A stretch of DNA of 64,000 nucleotides from Octopus bimaculoides (GCF_001194135.2 NC_068982.1:153565074-153629073), one strand, 5' to 3'. Shown: positions 11,301 through 23,900, counted from the stretch's first letter. Program-made: numbers and translations. Notes: a model not told the origin generated them from the sequence alone.

Positions 11301-13460
11301 AAAAAAATGGTTGAGAGCCACTACTTCAGATAAGTCATAACTACAATGTCTGTAGTATTTGATAACTTTTACTGACAGTTTTAGCCACTGAAATGGATAA
11401 AGTTAAAAGTACATTCATTATAGATAAAGAAAATACTTTTATTTGAAGTGAACATAACTACATACACTAATACTTACAAATGTGACATTTTCTACACATA
11501 AAAGATGCATATGTATGCATTATACTATCCCATTTTTATCAACAAAGGCAAAAGTATACTGTTTTATTTATTTTTCAAATGTTATTGGTGTTTCGCTTAA
11601 AGGTGGTAGTAAGAAAACATTATTATAACAAAGACAGTGATTTAGTTTTATTTCTTCAAACTACAGTATATAAATAAATCTTCGAGATATAACAAGGTAA
11701 AACATTGAGATACAGGCTTTCACTTTTCGTGATATTTATGACTCTCTTCGGGGAATAGGTGTGACATTTGTTTTGTTGCTTATCATGTATTAATATTTTA
11801 CTTTTTCATACTTGCAGATTTTATATCATTTTCCTTGTTTTTATATATTCTTGTTTCTTCTACCGTTTGCTAACATCACCCTTACGTCTTAAACGTTTCA
11901 AGGTGAGTAAATTTGTCTAGGTGTCTGACTCTTTCTCTTAACAGGCACGATTATTTTATGTAGTTCTTATTTTAATGTAAGTTCTTGAGTTATGTTAAGT
12001 ATTCTCTCAATTCGTTCAAAGTCAAACAATGTTTCTTATCTAAGACTTGATCACAGATGCACAATGAACGTATAATTTCTTCAGTTCATTAATTTCTGTT
12101 AGACAACATGGCTAAGATCATATTAGGGCATACTAGAGCACAGTCTCCAGAGGTGACCGTTCTTTGTCATTTGTGCTTCTGTGCGTAATTTCCATGTGCT
12201 CGATTATTTTTCAGTTTTCCTAACATCTCTATTTGAAGAATCAACGAATTGATGGAGGCAACTATGTTTTGTTGTCGACATTTGTTGATGGTTGGTTTGT
12301 TATTTAGAAAATACCTACATCTAAATAATGTTATTAATGTAAGAGGAAACTTTGGTTATGTTCCGTACACCTTATGCGAGTCACTTGTACATTTACAGGC
12401 CTTTTAAAATCGAAATTCAATTCTGTAGATTTTGTTATGAGTTATTCACAGGACGTGCCGTAATCCTTCTTCATATTTCATATTTCATTTCTGTTATCTC
12501 CTTTTTGCGTCGTTCGAAGCTTTAATAGGCGAAACTTCTGGCAATTTTTTTCAGAATACCCTTTACAAATCATTACATACTCCTTTCAAGTGGGTTTCAT
12601 AGTATAGATACGTAGGGTATAGATAGGTATTCTTCGTAATTCAAGTATCTGCAATTACTAATTTATGTCTTCACATATGTTTTTGTGGACACTTAAGCAA
12701 TCATTATACTGTGGAGATAGTTACTGAGATGTTGGGAGCATTAAGTTGCGAATGGCAATGTAAACTTTCTAAAATGAGATCTCGAAATTATGAAAATTAT
12801 TATAAGATCTCACATTGCAAATTTCACAGTACACAGGACTGAGACCAAGATAACCAGCAGTGGGGCCGGGTGCATCATTCAAGAGCTACAACAAAGAACA
12901 ATGTAAGGAAGCACAGTCTAACTAGCAGTATATTACAATATCCGTTACTCTGGTCGATAAAGTGATACGGTAATATACATATGAATATATATATTTGCGT
13001 AGTGTGCGTGTATGTGTGTATATTTAAATGTTTCTTTTATCGTTGTTCTACCATTGCCGTACAACTCCATAACTGAATCTCCTTTTTTCTTTCTCTTTTT
13101 CTTCCTATAGCATTCTCTCCTTAAAACTTTCCTTACTTTTTTATTGACATATTTTTGTTCATAGCATCACATATTTTTTTGCCTCTTCTCTGTATTCATC
13201 TTGGATAACACTGGTTTACAAGGTTTTTTGTGTTTGGGAAATAGACATCGTTCCTATACAAAATCTGTCTCCTGAATCCAAATATAACCTTCTTTTTGAC
13301 CTGTCAGATCTAAATTTAAATTATTGAACTTCCCTATATTCACTATTTATGTCTGTACGTCCAGTACGCAGTGTTCGTTTACCTTATTCTAATTCTAAGT
13401 TTTTTTTTCCTGTTCCATACTATTTAGATGTGGATAACTAAGCAATAGAAAATGAGAAAG

Positions 13461-14951
13461 ATGTCCTCTTCAAGAAAGTGTTGCATTAATTCTCCAAATG
13501 TGTTTGGTTATGCGGAGAATACACATTAGCTGAAAATCGGAAAAAAACATCACTGATTTTGTTGAAAGAGCGTATATGGCATATTTTGGGGTCAAGCTGG
13601 GAGACCAAGATAAATATTGAGTACCGCATAGTGTCTGCAAACAATGTACAGAACATTTGCGACAATGGACTAAAGGGACAATGAAAAGTATGAGGATTGC
13701 TATACCAATAGTATGGCGAGAGCCCTATAATTACGTGAATGACTGCTATTTTTGTAAGATAAACTTGAAGGGCATTAACTGAAAAATCAACAAACGTTTG
13801 TCTGTCCTTATCTTAGCTCTGCTATTAGGATGGTTACACACAGCGAAGAGCTTCACGTTGTTGTCTTTACTGTCTTGCTTCAAATAACTTTATCCTCAAC
13901 CAAAGAAGACTCATCACCTGAAGATAACACTAAAAATCAGTTCAGAATTTACCTCAGCTATTCCCCCACGTAGAGCTGAATGATCTAGGTAGTGACTTGA
14001 ACCTAACAAAACATTCTCTTCTAGAGAATGGTGTCCGTATTACCTTTTATTGGAGTTAGCTTGAAGAGTTCCTTTCTTTCTTTACAAAAGAGGAAAAGCT
14101 GGTTTACTGCTAAGATGTCAGTGGGTTCTTAATAAACTTGGCATTGAAGAATATAAACCAGAGGGATGTCGTTCTTTCATAGACAGTTCTAAGCGTAGTT
14201 TATAATGTGTATTGTTGCACAGCGGAAATATTTATGTCTCATTCGGCCACTTAACAACTCTGAAAGAAAAATATGAAGAAATTAAGTTTGGTTTTAGAGA
14301 AGATATTATATCATGATCATAAATGGGTCATCTGCATTGCCTTGTTGATGGTGAATCTTCTCATGGGACACCAATCTGGTTATACCAAATACCCATGCTT
14401 TCTTTGCATGTGGGACAGTAGAAACAGAGTTAACCACTATGTTAAGAAAGACTGGCCGACTCAAATAAATATGGCTCCATGTAAAGCTGCCAATATATTG
14501 GAAAAACCTTTAGTTCAGCGAGATAAGATCATTTTCTCCCCTTTGTACAAAAAACTCGGATTGATCAAGCAATTCGTCAAAGCTCTTGCCAAAAATGGGG
14601 AGTGTTTCAAATATATCTGCAGTGTATTTCCAGACTTGGCAATTGAAAAACTTAAAGCAGGGATATTTGATGGACCACAGACCCGTAAGCTCTTGAAGGA
14701 CACAAATTCCGTGACAACAATGAGCTAAAATAAAGCATCAGCTTGGTTAGCCTTTGTAGAAGTAGTGCAAAATTTCCTTGGAAAACACAAAAATGAAAAC
14801 TATAAAGACATTTTTACCAACTTGATATCAACTTTTCGTGATATTGGTACGAATATGAGCTACAAAAGGCATTATGTTTTTAGTCATTTGATCGTTTTCC
14901 TGAAAATCTCAGAGATGTTAGCTATGAACAGGGCAAACAATTCCATCAGGA
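13461..14951 (+). pseudogene. Chapaev3-type transposase pseudogene (stops and frameshifts)
   Basis: MSSSRKCCINSPN, AYMAYFGVKLGDQDK, VCKQC..HLRQWTKG, IPIVWREPYNYVNDCYFC, GHQSGYTKYPCFLCMWDSR, KLGLIKQFVKAL, KLKAGIFDGPQ, NFLGKHK, EQGKQFHQ. The family name is from memory of Chapaev3 proteins. Confidence 0.8.
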
Positions 14952-14968
14952 GTATCGCGTTTTAAACA

Positions 14969-15051
14969 CTAGCAATAGTCCATCATCATCATAGCGTTCC
15001 AGCGTCCTTGGTATCGAGTTTCCATCTCCTTGATGTCCTGATGGAATTGTT
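14969..15051 (-). pseudogene. Inverted C-terminal piece of the same transposase
   Basis: Minus strand reads QFHQDIKEMETRYQGRWNAMMMMDYC, the expected continuation of the plus-strand EQGKQFHQ. Confidence 0.85.
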
Positions 15052-15152
15052 CTATTATAGTTTTTCCCAGCACACACTGAAACGCACACGCACGCGCACA
15101 CACACATATGGGAAAACTATCATATATATATGTATATATGTATATATATATA

Positions 15153-15878
15153 NNNNNNNNNNNNNNNNNNNNNNNNNNNNNNNNNNNNNNNNNNNNNNNN
15201 NNNNNNNNNNNNNNNNNNNNNNNNNNNNNNNNNNNNNNNNNNNNNNNNNNNNNNNNNNNNNNNNNNNNNNNNNNNNNNNNNNNNNNNNNNNNNNNNNNNN
15301 NNNNNNNNNNNNNNNNNNNNNNNNNNNNNNNNNNNNNNNNNNNNNNNNNNNNNNNNNNNNNNNNNNNNNNNNNNNNNNNNNNNNNNNNNNNNNNNNNNNN
15401 NNNNNNNNNNNNNNNNNNNNNNNNNNNNNNNNNNNNNNNNNNNNNNNNNNNNNNNNNNNNNNNNNNNNNNNNNNNNNNNNNNNNNNNNNNNNNNNNNNNN
15501 NNNNNNNNNNNNNNNNNNNNNNNNNNNNNNNNNNNNNNNNNNNNNNNNNNNNNNNNNNNNNNNNNNNNNNNNNNNNNNNNNNNNNNNNNNNNNNNNNNNN
15601 NNNNNNNNNNNNNNNNNNNNNNNNNNNNNNNNNNNNNNNNNNNNNNNNNNNNNNNNNNNNNNNNNNNNNNNNNNNNNNNNNNNNNNNNNNNNNNNNNNNN
15701 NNNNNNNNNNNNNNNNNNNNNNNNNNNNNNNNNNNNNNNNNNNNNNNNNNNNNNNNNNNNNNNNNNNNNNNNNNNNNNNNNNNNNNNNNNNNNNNNNNNN
15801 NNNNNNNNNNNNNNNNNNNNNNNNNNNNNNNNNNNNNNNNNNNNNNNNNNNNNNNNNNNNNNNNNNNNNNNNNNNNNN
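15153..15878. other. Assembly gap
   Basis: N run after a (TA)n tract. Confidence 1.
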
Positions 15879-16202
15879 ATATAATACAAAATGGGACAAG
15901 AATGTAAAACATCCAGACAGGTGATACAAGAAAGGGACAACAAAACATCCAGATAAACGATACAAAGAAAACAAGGACGGGTCATTCGGAGTTTTGTGCA
16001 TTTCACTGCAATCATACATTGATTGATGTGTCTACATATTTTATATGCTTAGTATTAATTGTTAGAATAATGAAAAAAAGAACCATGCTGTTTGAGATAT
16101 TTGTTAAATTTTTGCATGCTTGTCGCCAATGGCTAGATAATGAAAATTCAGTGTACTCACGACAATGATACTCATTTGATAGTATTTACTCATTTTATCT
16201 GT

Positions 16203-16584
16203 GGAGGTGGAATGGCCCAGTGGTTAGGGCAGCGGATCATAGGATCGCGGTTTTGATTCCCAGACCGGGCGTTGTGAGTGTTTATTGAGCGAAAGCACCT
16301 AAAGCTCCACGAGGCTCCAGCAGGGGTGGTGGTGAACCCTGCTGTACTTCCACCACAACTTTCTCTCACTCTTACTTCCTGTTTCTTTTTTACCTGTAAT
16401 TCAAAGGGTCAGCCTTGTCACACTCTATGTCACGCTGAATATCCCCGAGAACTACGTTAAGGGTACACGTGTCTGTGGAGTGCTCAGCCACTTTCACGTT
16501 AATTTTACGGGCAGGCTGTTCCGTTGATCGGATCAACTGGAACCCTCGACGTCGTGAGCGACGGAGTGCCAACAACAACAACAA
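16203..16584 (+). mobile_element. Near full-length tRNA-derived SINE (family 3) with (AAC)n tail
   Basis: A-box TGGCCCAGTGG, B-box-like GGTTTTGATTCCC, 3' end GGAACCCTCGACGTCGTGAGCGACGGAGTGCC followed by AACAACAACAAC. Confidence 0.8.
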
Positions 16585-17959
16585 AACTCATTTTATCTAT
16601 CTTAAATTTAACACACTTTATGTATTGAAATCCTGTAAATTATTATTATATCCTGTAAATTATTCCTTCAAGACACTCGCATTTCTAGGTAGCTGTTATA
16701 TATTTCCAAAACTGGATGTGTATTGGTACAATTGATTGCGAGCCTGACTGAGTGACAGAGGTATTAAATGCATTTGAAATGCAATGGATTCAAATTTGGT
16801 ATTCACTTTTCAGAGTCGATAAAATAATTATGCATCAATTATTATGGCTAATATACCAAACCACACCTTGCTCTTTTCTAATTATGTTACTTTGTGATTT
16901 TATCAAAGATCTATTGCCAGTCCAGAAAGCATGGATCCAGTGTTATGTGGTGAAGACTGATGCTGTATTTGAGGCAGTAGTTTCTGTTTCTCTCCAATTT
17001 CAGTATATCAATGTAAACACAGATAGTGTGAGTAAACAATTATTCACACATTCAATACAGGACAAGCCACCATTGGATTGTTGAATCCTTCTAACAGATA
17101 CATTGATTTCTTTTTCCTCAATCATGACTGAAATGTGTCTATAAGCATGACATTCCTATTGAACATTATAGAAAATATATTACGTGTATAAGATCCTGTT
17201 CCGATCGTTCACTTTCCATTATAATGCGTATTGATTTCGTTTACGTTATTTAATCCTGAATTCTTCTTCCCATGGAACAGGAAATTGAAAGAATTCAAAA
17301 TATCAAAGAGACAATAAAATACTATTCTTTTCTGTGAGTCTTGACGGTTGATAAAGAAGAACATCGTTGTGCTTTCTGAAGTGATATCTTGTCCAGAAGC
17401 AATTCGTATTAGACTCATCCGTATTACAATTTATCTCGATTTACTTTTAATAATGTATTTCTTTATTCATTAAACTTGCATGCATTATTGTTGCATGATC
17501 TTTAGTTATATTACCTTCTATATGTTGCTGTTATTTTAATAGGATATACATGTTCTCATGTTGTAGTGATTCATATATTAATATGTATTTGTTATGTTCA
17601 TGCAATATCCGTATATTTATGCTATTCCTTTGATGTTATTTATATTTTCTGACAGCCTATTTATGTTATATAAATATTATTTATAAGTTATGTTGTAATG
17701 TACTCTTAATATTTATATGATAATATTATTGATGCGGTCTTCAAAATATATGTGTGTGTGTATGTATGTATGTATGTATGTATGTATGCATGCATGCATT
17801 ATGTATGTATGTGTGTAGTCTCTTCTATTTTTTTAATTATCATAAATCTTCCACCGAGGAGGGAGCCGATTTCCAACAAAGATACAAGGCTCCATCCTTG
17901 GGATGTAGTTAACACAGACAAATTCACAGATGGAACTTGAGAAAAGTCTTGCATATTTT

Positions 17960-18900
17960 TACTGTTTCACTCGCAGATTGCACTTGCAATGTAGCAATTA
18001 GCCGCTCGATTTCTCTTTCTGAAAATCCCAGTTTATCCAGATTCTCCAATTAATATTGGTATGAACATGAATTCATAGTCTGGATAGAGAAGCTGGAATT
18101 TTCGAAGTAGTTGTCCATAGATATCCTCTTTTCCTTTGATTTTCAAAGAAATATTTATATCTGCAGGGCAGCTAGCCTCTATGATGGTATGTATCTTTGC
18201 CCTGCCTCCATCCAAAACAACAATATCCGGCCTGTTATGCTTACATTTGACAGACGTTTTGATGGGAATATTCCACCAGTACTCCTTGAGTTGGTATTTT
18301 TGAATGTATTTCACAACAGAGGGATTTTCTAAGTATATTTCAGGACAGTCTTTTTTGCGGATGGCATTGTAAATTGTTTTAGCAACAACATCGTGCCGCA
18401 TTGTGATGAGATTTTAGGAATCTACTAATCACATGTGTAATGTCTTCCACAGAAGCATGACATAGCCTGCACATGCAGTTGCACATTGGGACTGGAAGAG
18501 CTTCACTGTCTCTCTTGTTCATCAGGTACTTTGTGGCACTCTCTTATTCCTGGATTGCAAACGCATAGCCTTCAAAGTGTAATGGGATGTAGTGGTCTTG
18601 TGTCCAAGAGAGGCTGCCCTTCATGTCAATTCGACTGTCTTCTTCAAGCTTCCGACCCATGCATGGTCTTTTTTTTTCTTTTTTGCATGTTGAATGCTTT
18701 CCATCGAGGTTTTCTCTGGGGTAAGAGAGCCCCGCTGTTTTGTGGCTGTATAGAAGATCATCAGGAAGTGTTTCTTCACGCGTACAATGTTGCTCACTTC
18801 ACTTATCAGCACTGCATTAATATATGTATGTATGTCATTGTTCAGTTTATTTCAAGATTGCTTGCCAATAGAGAAACAACCTGGCTCTGACCTAGATCCA
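17960..18900 (-). mobile_element. 3' fragment of an RLE-type non-LTR retrotransposon (R4/Dong-like)
   Basis: Minus strand: MCRLCHASVEDITHVIS (zinc knuckle), RHDVVAKTIY, WWNIPIKT...HNRPDIVVLD, IIEASCPAD (PD..D/E restriction-like endonuclease). Confidence 0.8.
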
Positions 18901-18945
18901 AAGCTCCTTCATTGGAATTTCAACATCAGCAACAGGGTATTTTTG

Positions 18946-19110
18946 TATGTATGTATGTATGTATGTATGTATGTATATAAGTATGTATGTATGTATGTAA
19001 GTATTTATGTATGAATGTATGCATGTATGTATGTATGTATGTAAGTATTTATGTATGTATGTATGAATGTATGAATGTATGCATGTATGCACAGATTTGT
19101 ATGTTTTATG
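18946..19110. repeat. Degenerate (TATG)n microsatellite
   Basis: Directly visible. Confidence 0.95.
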
Positions 19111-19855
19111 TATGTATTCTCATGCATACAATTTCAAATCTAGACATGCTCGTATATATTTAAATAATAAACGTCGGGAAAGTTTTACGGATTTTTACAG
19201 TTCCAGCGATGGATTCGATCTGTAGTCTTCGAAATGGTTTTGAGAATTTCTCAAGATTGGTATGTTTGTATGTATGTATGTGTGTATGTATGTATGTATG
19301 TGTTTATGTATGTAGCGTTCTTATTTATATTTCGCATACGGAAAAACGTTTCCTGTTATTTTCTTAGGAGACAGGTATCAATAACATTTGATAGCTGATA
19401 TCAAATGCAAAAAAACATTTCCGGCCTGGATTGTATCTATATTTCTGTTTCAAACATAGAGATGTATAAGAATTAAAATTTTAGAGAAAAAAAAACAATT
19501 GTAAAGAACTATATTTAGATGTATTTCTGCAAAAATACCTGAATCACCACAAAAAGAAATTCATGTACCAAAATGGAATCCAACGGATCGTTTTACTTCA
19601 CCTGTCTAAGAAGGAGGATAAGTGAAGGAAAGTATAAAAAAAAAAATGAAATCATTATTAACGCCGCTATCTTCTCTAATGTTTCTTTTTAAATTTTATG
19701 TTAATAATAATTTATGTCCTCCGTGCAAAAATGAGATCTTACGTACGTGCACGTGTTTTGGAAGTTTAGTACTTAGCTATTTTGTTGCTTAGTTTGTTAC
19801 AATGAAGCATATCAGTAGACGGAACCTCCGGTTTCTAAGTTCCATTTCACAGTAG

Positions 19856-20270
19856 TACAAGGTAGGGCAGAGAGGACGGACGTTTTTGAAAAATTCACAA
19901 AATCATTAATTTTAGCTGCAAACACATTTTATTGACGTCAGTGTGTTTGTATTGAATTCGTATTTGTGAAAATCAAGTGTGGAAAACAACATCCATCATG
20001 TGGTTTACGTTTTCATTGATGCATTTCTGAAGGCGTTCTTGAAAGTTGGCTGTTCGTGGCGCCCCCACCGGTATCCTGTTCATTAGTGTACCTCGTGCAT
20101 TCATCCGACATAAGATTGTGTTACAGGTGGGAACAGCCTGATTGTGGTGAATGCTGAAGTGGTGCCGAAACTCACGTTCAACTGTTGTGACAGACTTGGT
20201 ATGCTTCACATAACTGTCGTAGGCAACCATGCGATGCTCTATCGTCCTCAGCGCAATGGCTTCTCCTGAA
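19856..20270 (-). mobile_element. Internally deleted Tc1/mariner-group element (DUF4817-type HTH joined to the transposase C-terminus); one TIR
   Basis: ORF 19973..20230: KSVTTVEREFRHHF...VPTCNTIL...GAPRTA joins directly to NFQERLQKCINENVNHMMDVVFHT. TIR-like TACAAGGTAGGGCAGAGAGGACGGACG at 19856; the other TIR was not found. Confidence 0.7.
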
Positions 20271-21624
20271 AAGAAAAATAAATGCTAAGACAGCTCACTA
20301 TTATTTATCCCCACGCAGAATAAAAATTCAACAGAATCCCTCTCAGATGTTTAGTTTAAACTCAAATATTGATACTAGTTACACATTTCGTTGCGGTGTA
20401 ATTGATTCATTCGAATGATGTATAGTGCTGGCACTTATTTACTCCATTGCTGTAAAATTAAAGTTGAAGTTAACGCAGGTGCGATCTATAGTCAGAAAAT
20501 AAACAGAATATAGCTAAATATGGCATGACATAGAATCCACAGCGCAGTCGTTTCTCTTAGATTCTTCATAATTATTTTCCAGTTCACCTTGAATATGCTT
20601 GAAGAAATGGTCCCAAGAATTTACAATCACACTGCTCGAGCAAGCGAGAAAGCTGCTTCGTGGTCATTCGTTAAAAATAACAACCAAATCTCTTTCAAAT
20701 ATCTCCATAATGACTTAAAGGTAGGACACATTAGATAAGGTAGACCTAGTAGACTAGGTAAAACTAAGAGATGTGGTCAGAAACGTGAAGGGTTAGTTTA
20801 CAAATTTGCTTGATCAAGCTGTTTTCTGACTAAGCAACAACAAAACTTTCAACGCGTTGAGAATACAAAATGCCCAAACTGTTACACAACCGCCTATCTG
20901 ATTAAATATTAACCATGTCTTCAACTGGGCGAAAGCAGGATATATTTGCAGCAATCGATTTGGTGAATTGCACGATTTTCCTAATTATCTGATCGACTTC
21001 CTACATTCCATTACTCTTCCGAATCACGGCTGTTAGGATGTTACACAACATCAACAACAACAATAAAAACGAATAAACAACAGCAGCAAAAACATGACGA
21101 CTGTTTCTTAACAAATCAAATTATTGTAACTCTACAAAGGCTGGTTAAATTTACGCAGCCGTGATGAGAAGCGGTCGATGAAAAACACAGAGTATAAAGG
21201 TCCGAAGTCTGATAATAGAAGATAGGAAGGTGGAGGGGCTACACGTATGAGTATTGACAGTGCTTGTAGCTATTTTAAGTATTCAAAATAAAGCAGCAAA
21301 GTCATAACAATCTTGAACTAATGAACACGAATAAATACTGCTCACATAGATGATATATCAAGTACTTCTGGTGAGGCGTAGTATATGGTACAAAATGGTT
21401 GATAACTGGTCAAACGTTTTTCGATCTATCTGTTTCTCTGTCCGTCTAGCTATCTAGTTTCTGTATGTTAGTGTGTGTGCCAGGTGAGTGTGGCTGTGAA
21501 TACACACACATGTACATATATGAGTATACACCAAGTATATAAGTGTGTAAGCGAGTCTCTCATATATAGACAGATGAATTGATATATAGATGCATACATA
21601 TAAATATATATATATATATAGATA

Positions 21625-22350
21625 TAGATTTCGGACTCTCTATCACCATAAATAGCGAATACCATACAATAAGCATTTTAGATGCTACTTTCGATTTGGA
21701 TTCTAGTCTGTACGAACTGTTTCATAAACTCAATGAGAGCCCAACATACGTAACTGTTAGATCTAATCGTCCACCATCAATAATCAGGGGACTAGTTATG
21801 AACATCTTGGCCAGAATATCTAGATTATCCGCCAACGAGGATATATTCAACAAACGCGCACCCTATTATAACACAGCCCTAGCTACGGCCGGATACCGTG
21901 GGAAAATCGAATACGCCTCTAGTAGTAGTAATAATAATGATAAAAACTCGAATAGTTCAATGAGTAGTAGTAACCTTACCGAACACAACACTAATCACAC
22001 GCATAAAGTTAATAACCTAGATAATAGTATCTCAAACCGTAAAAAAAGACTAAACAGACCTAGATACATAAAAACCAACTATGAGTTAGATAAAAGTAGA
22101 AACAGACAACGCATTAAACACTTGACACCACAAAATCCCAACGCCACTCAAAATACCCGAACTAACAGACCTAACAGAAAATACAAAAACCATGATGTCC
22201 TCTGGTATAACCTAATCTGGGGATCGAACATCTCATCCAGTTCTTCACTGCACTCGATCGTTGGTTCCCTAAAAATGGAGCGTACAGCAAAATATTAAAA
22301 CATCACACTGTAAAACTGGCCTATGTTAACTCATCAAATATAGAGCACCA
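21625..22350 (+). mobile_element. Penelope-like element fragment (RT thumb and linker), long open frame
   Basis: GLSITINSEYHTISILDATFDL..YELFHK.NESPTYVTVRSNRPPSIIRGL..I..RISRLSANEDIFNKRAPYYNTALATAGY, then WYN and (frameshifted) LDRWFPKNGAYSKILKHHTVKLAY. Confidence 0.85.
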
Positions 22351-23101
22351 CATTCATAGGATTAATAATCCTATGAATTGGTGCAATATTAGCCATCATT
22401 TCTGCGCCTTGTATTTATAGATTATGCTGAGTGTCAAAGAAGAAATATGTTGTTTCCAGTACGAACCATAATCCATCAAGTATAAATTCTTTTCGGACTT
22501 TCTCTTTAATTCTTTATGGCTATTTGTCTATCCCGAATTTTATTGCTTTTAATTCTAATACATTGAGGAAATATGAATAGAGTATTAAAAATCTAATCCA
22601 AAAAGGCCAACAGTACACATCTGTAATGAGACCACATTGTTGTACGACAGGGACAAATAGGAGCACATTTTTTTACGAGAGGGAGAAATATTGAAATATT
22701 AACGTTGAGTTACATTTCTGGCGCTAAACGATGTTTTGTTGTTGACAAGGTAAAGATAGGGTTGTAACACACACAACACATGTGTGTGCGCGTGTGCGCG
22801 CGCGTGTGTAGCATTCAGGAATCAATACAAATTCACTGTGGAAATTTATGCTAATTATTAAATAATTCTAATTAGTGAAAACAATGAGACTGTTTCAACC
22901 GATTGCACCAGCAAAGACATAGACACGGACCAATATTTAGATTTTAGATCTTGCTATGTATATCCTTCTCTATATATGCATGCATATATATTTTTCCTAG
23001 CATATCAACACTTCAAAAATATAAAGCCAATAATATGGTTTATTGTTTCAGAAAATATACGACTCACACTTATTCTCCGTGACCCAGATTACACTTCCAA
23101 T

Positions 23102-23900
23102 ATGCCTAAAACTAGAAATTTTCCAAAATTGAACAAAGGAAGATGTTTGCAGTGAAAGTGCAAGGAATGAGTAACCGGAAGATTGCCGGAAAGATTCGGT
23201 GAAGCAAAATGCAAGTGGACAGTTTTCTAAAAGATCCTGACGTCTACAACAGGGTTCATGCTGGTGGACGTACCAAGGCTACATCAGAAATGGATGAAAG
23301 AGCCATCGTCAGAGCTGGGAAGTCACGTTGCACTTCTGTTTCCAAAATCAAGGCATCAGCAGGAGTATCAGCCTCGTAATCCACTGTAAAAAGAGGAATT
23401 TTGAACAATAGTTTCCACCTGAAGAAGTAGCTAGGACGTCCTTTATTGTCCGCTTCCCACAAAGCTATTAGATTGATATTTGCTCGGCAGCATCAGACGT
23501 GGGATGGTGAATGGACCAGGGTTCTGTTCTCTGATGAGAGGAAATGGAAGTTGGATGGTCCCCGACAGTTATAAGTATTACTGGGCAGATAACAGTATAC
23601 AAAATTCTATTTATTCCAAGTCGCAGAACAGCGGAGGAGATCTTATGGTGTGGGGAGCAATATCTGCCAATGGGAAGCTACCACTTGTCATCATGGGTAG
23701 CAGTTTCAATGCTGCATGATACATCAATATGATGGACGGGGATCACATTGACGAAGAATGAAGAAGGCTCCATGGCGAGAACTTCATATTTCATCAGAAA
23801 TATGCTCCTATTCATAAAACAAAGCAACTTCGGATTTCTTCCATGCAATTGAGGTTGAAGTCATGCCATAACCAACAAATGCGTCCTACCTGACAATATG
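23102..23900 (+). pseudogene. Tc1/Tc3-like (DD34E-type) transposase pseudogene
   Basis: MPKTRN...GMSNRKIA...GGRTKATSEMDERAIVR...[53 protein letters not shown]; several stops and frameshifts. Confidence 0.85.

Larger units (their letters stand above)
13209..16170 (+). mobile_element. Chapaev3-like (CMC superfamily) DNA transposon fossil, interrupted by a microsatellite and gap
   Basis: Contains the transposase pseudogene listed next. Candidate left end TAA|CACTGG at 13209; the right end is uncertain (about 16150-16190). Confidence 0.55.

Noticed and set aside
16203-16265. tRNA-like A and B boxes
   Set aside because: This is a SINE head; there is no cloverleaf and it continues into the SINE body and (AAC)n tail.
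16752-17084. 110-aa ORF
   Set aside because: Overlaps a SINE family 1 fragment (about 16790-16830), starts at a non-ATG codon and has no recognisable motif.
21160-21212. GTGATGA...CTGA resembling a C/D-box snoRNA
   Set aside because: Too short, no terminal stem and no recognisable guide.
22440-22482. Minus-strand TTGATGGA...GGAAAC after the PLE fragment (a similar case near 5350-5395)
   Set aside because: Core and stems are too degenerate to call, though it may be a dead PLE hammerhead.
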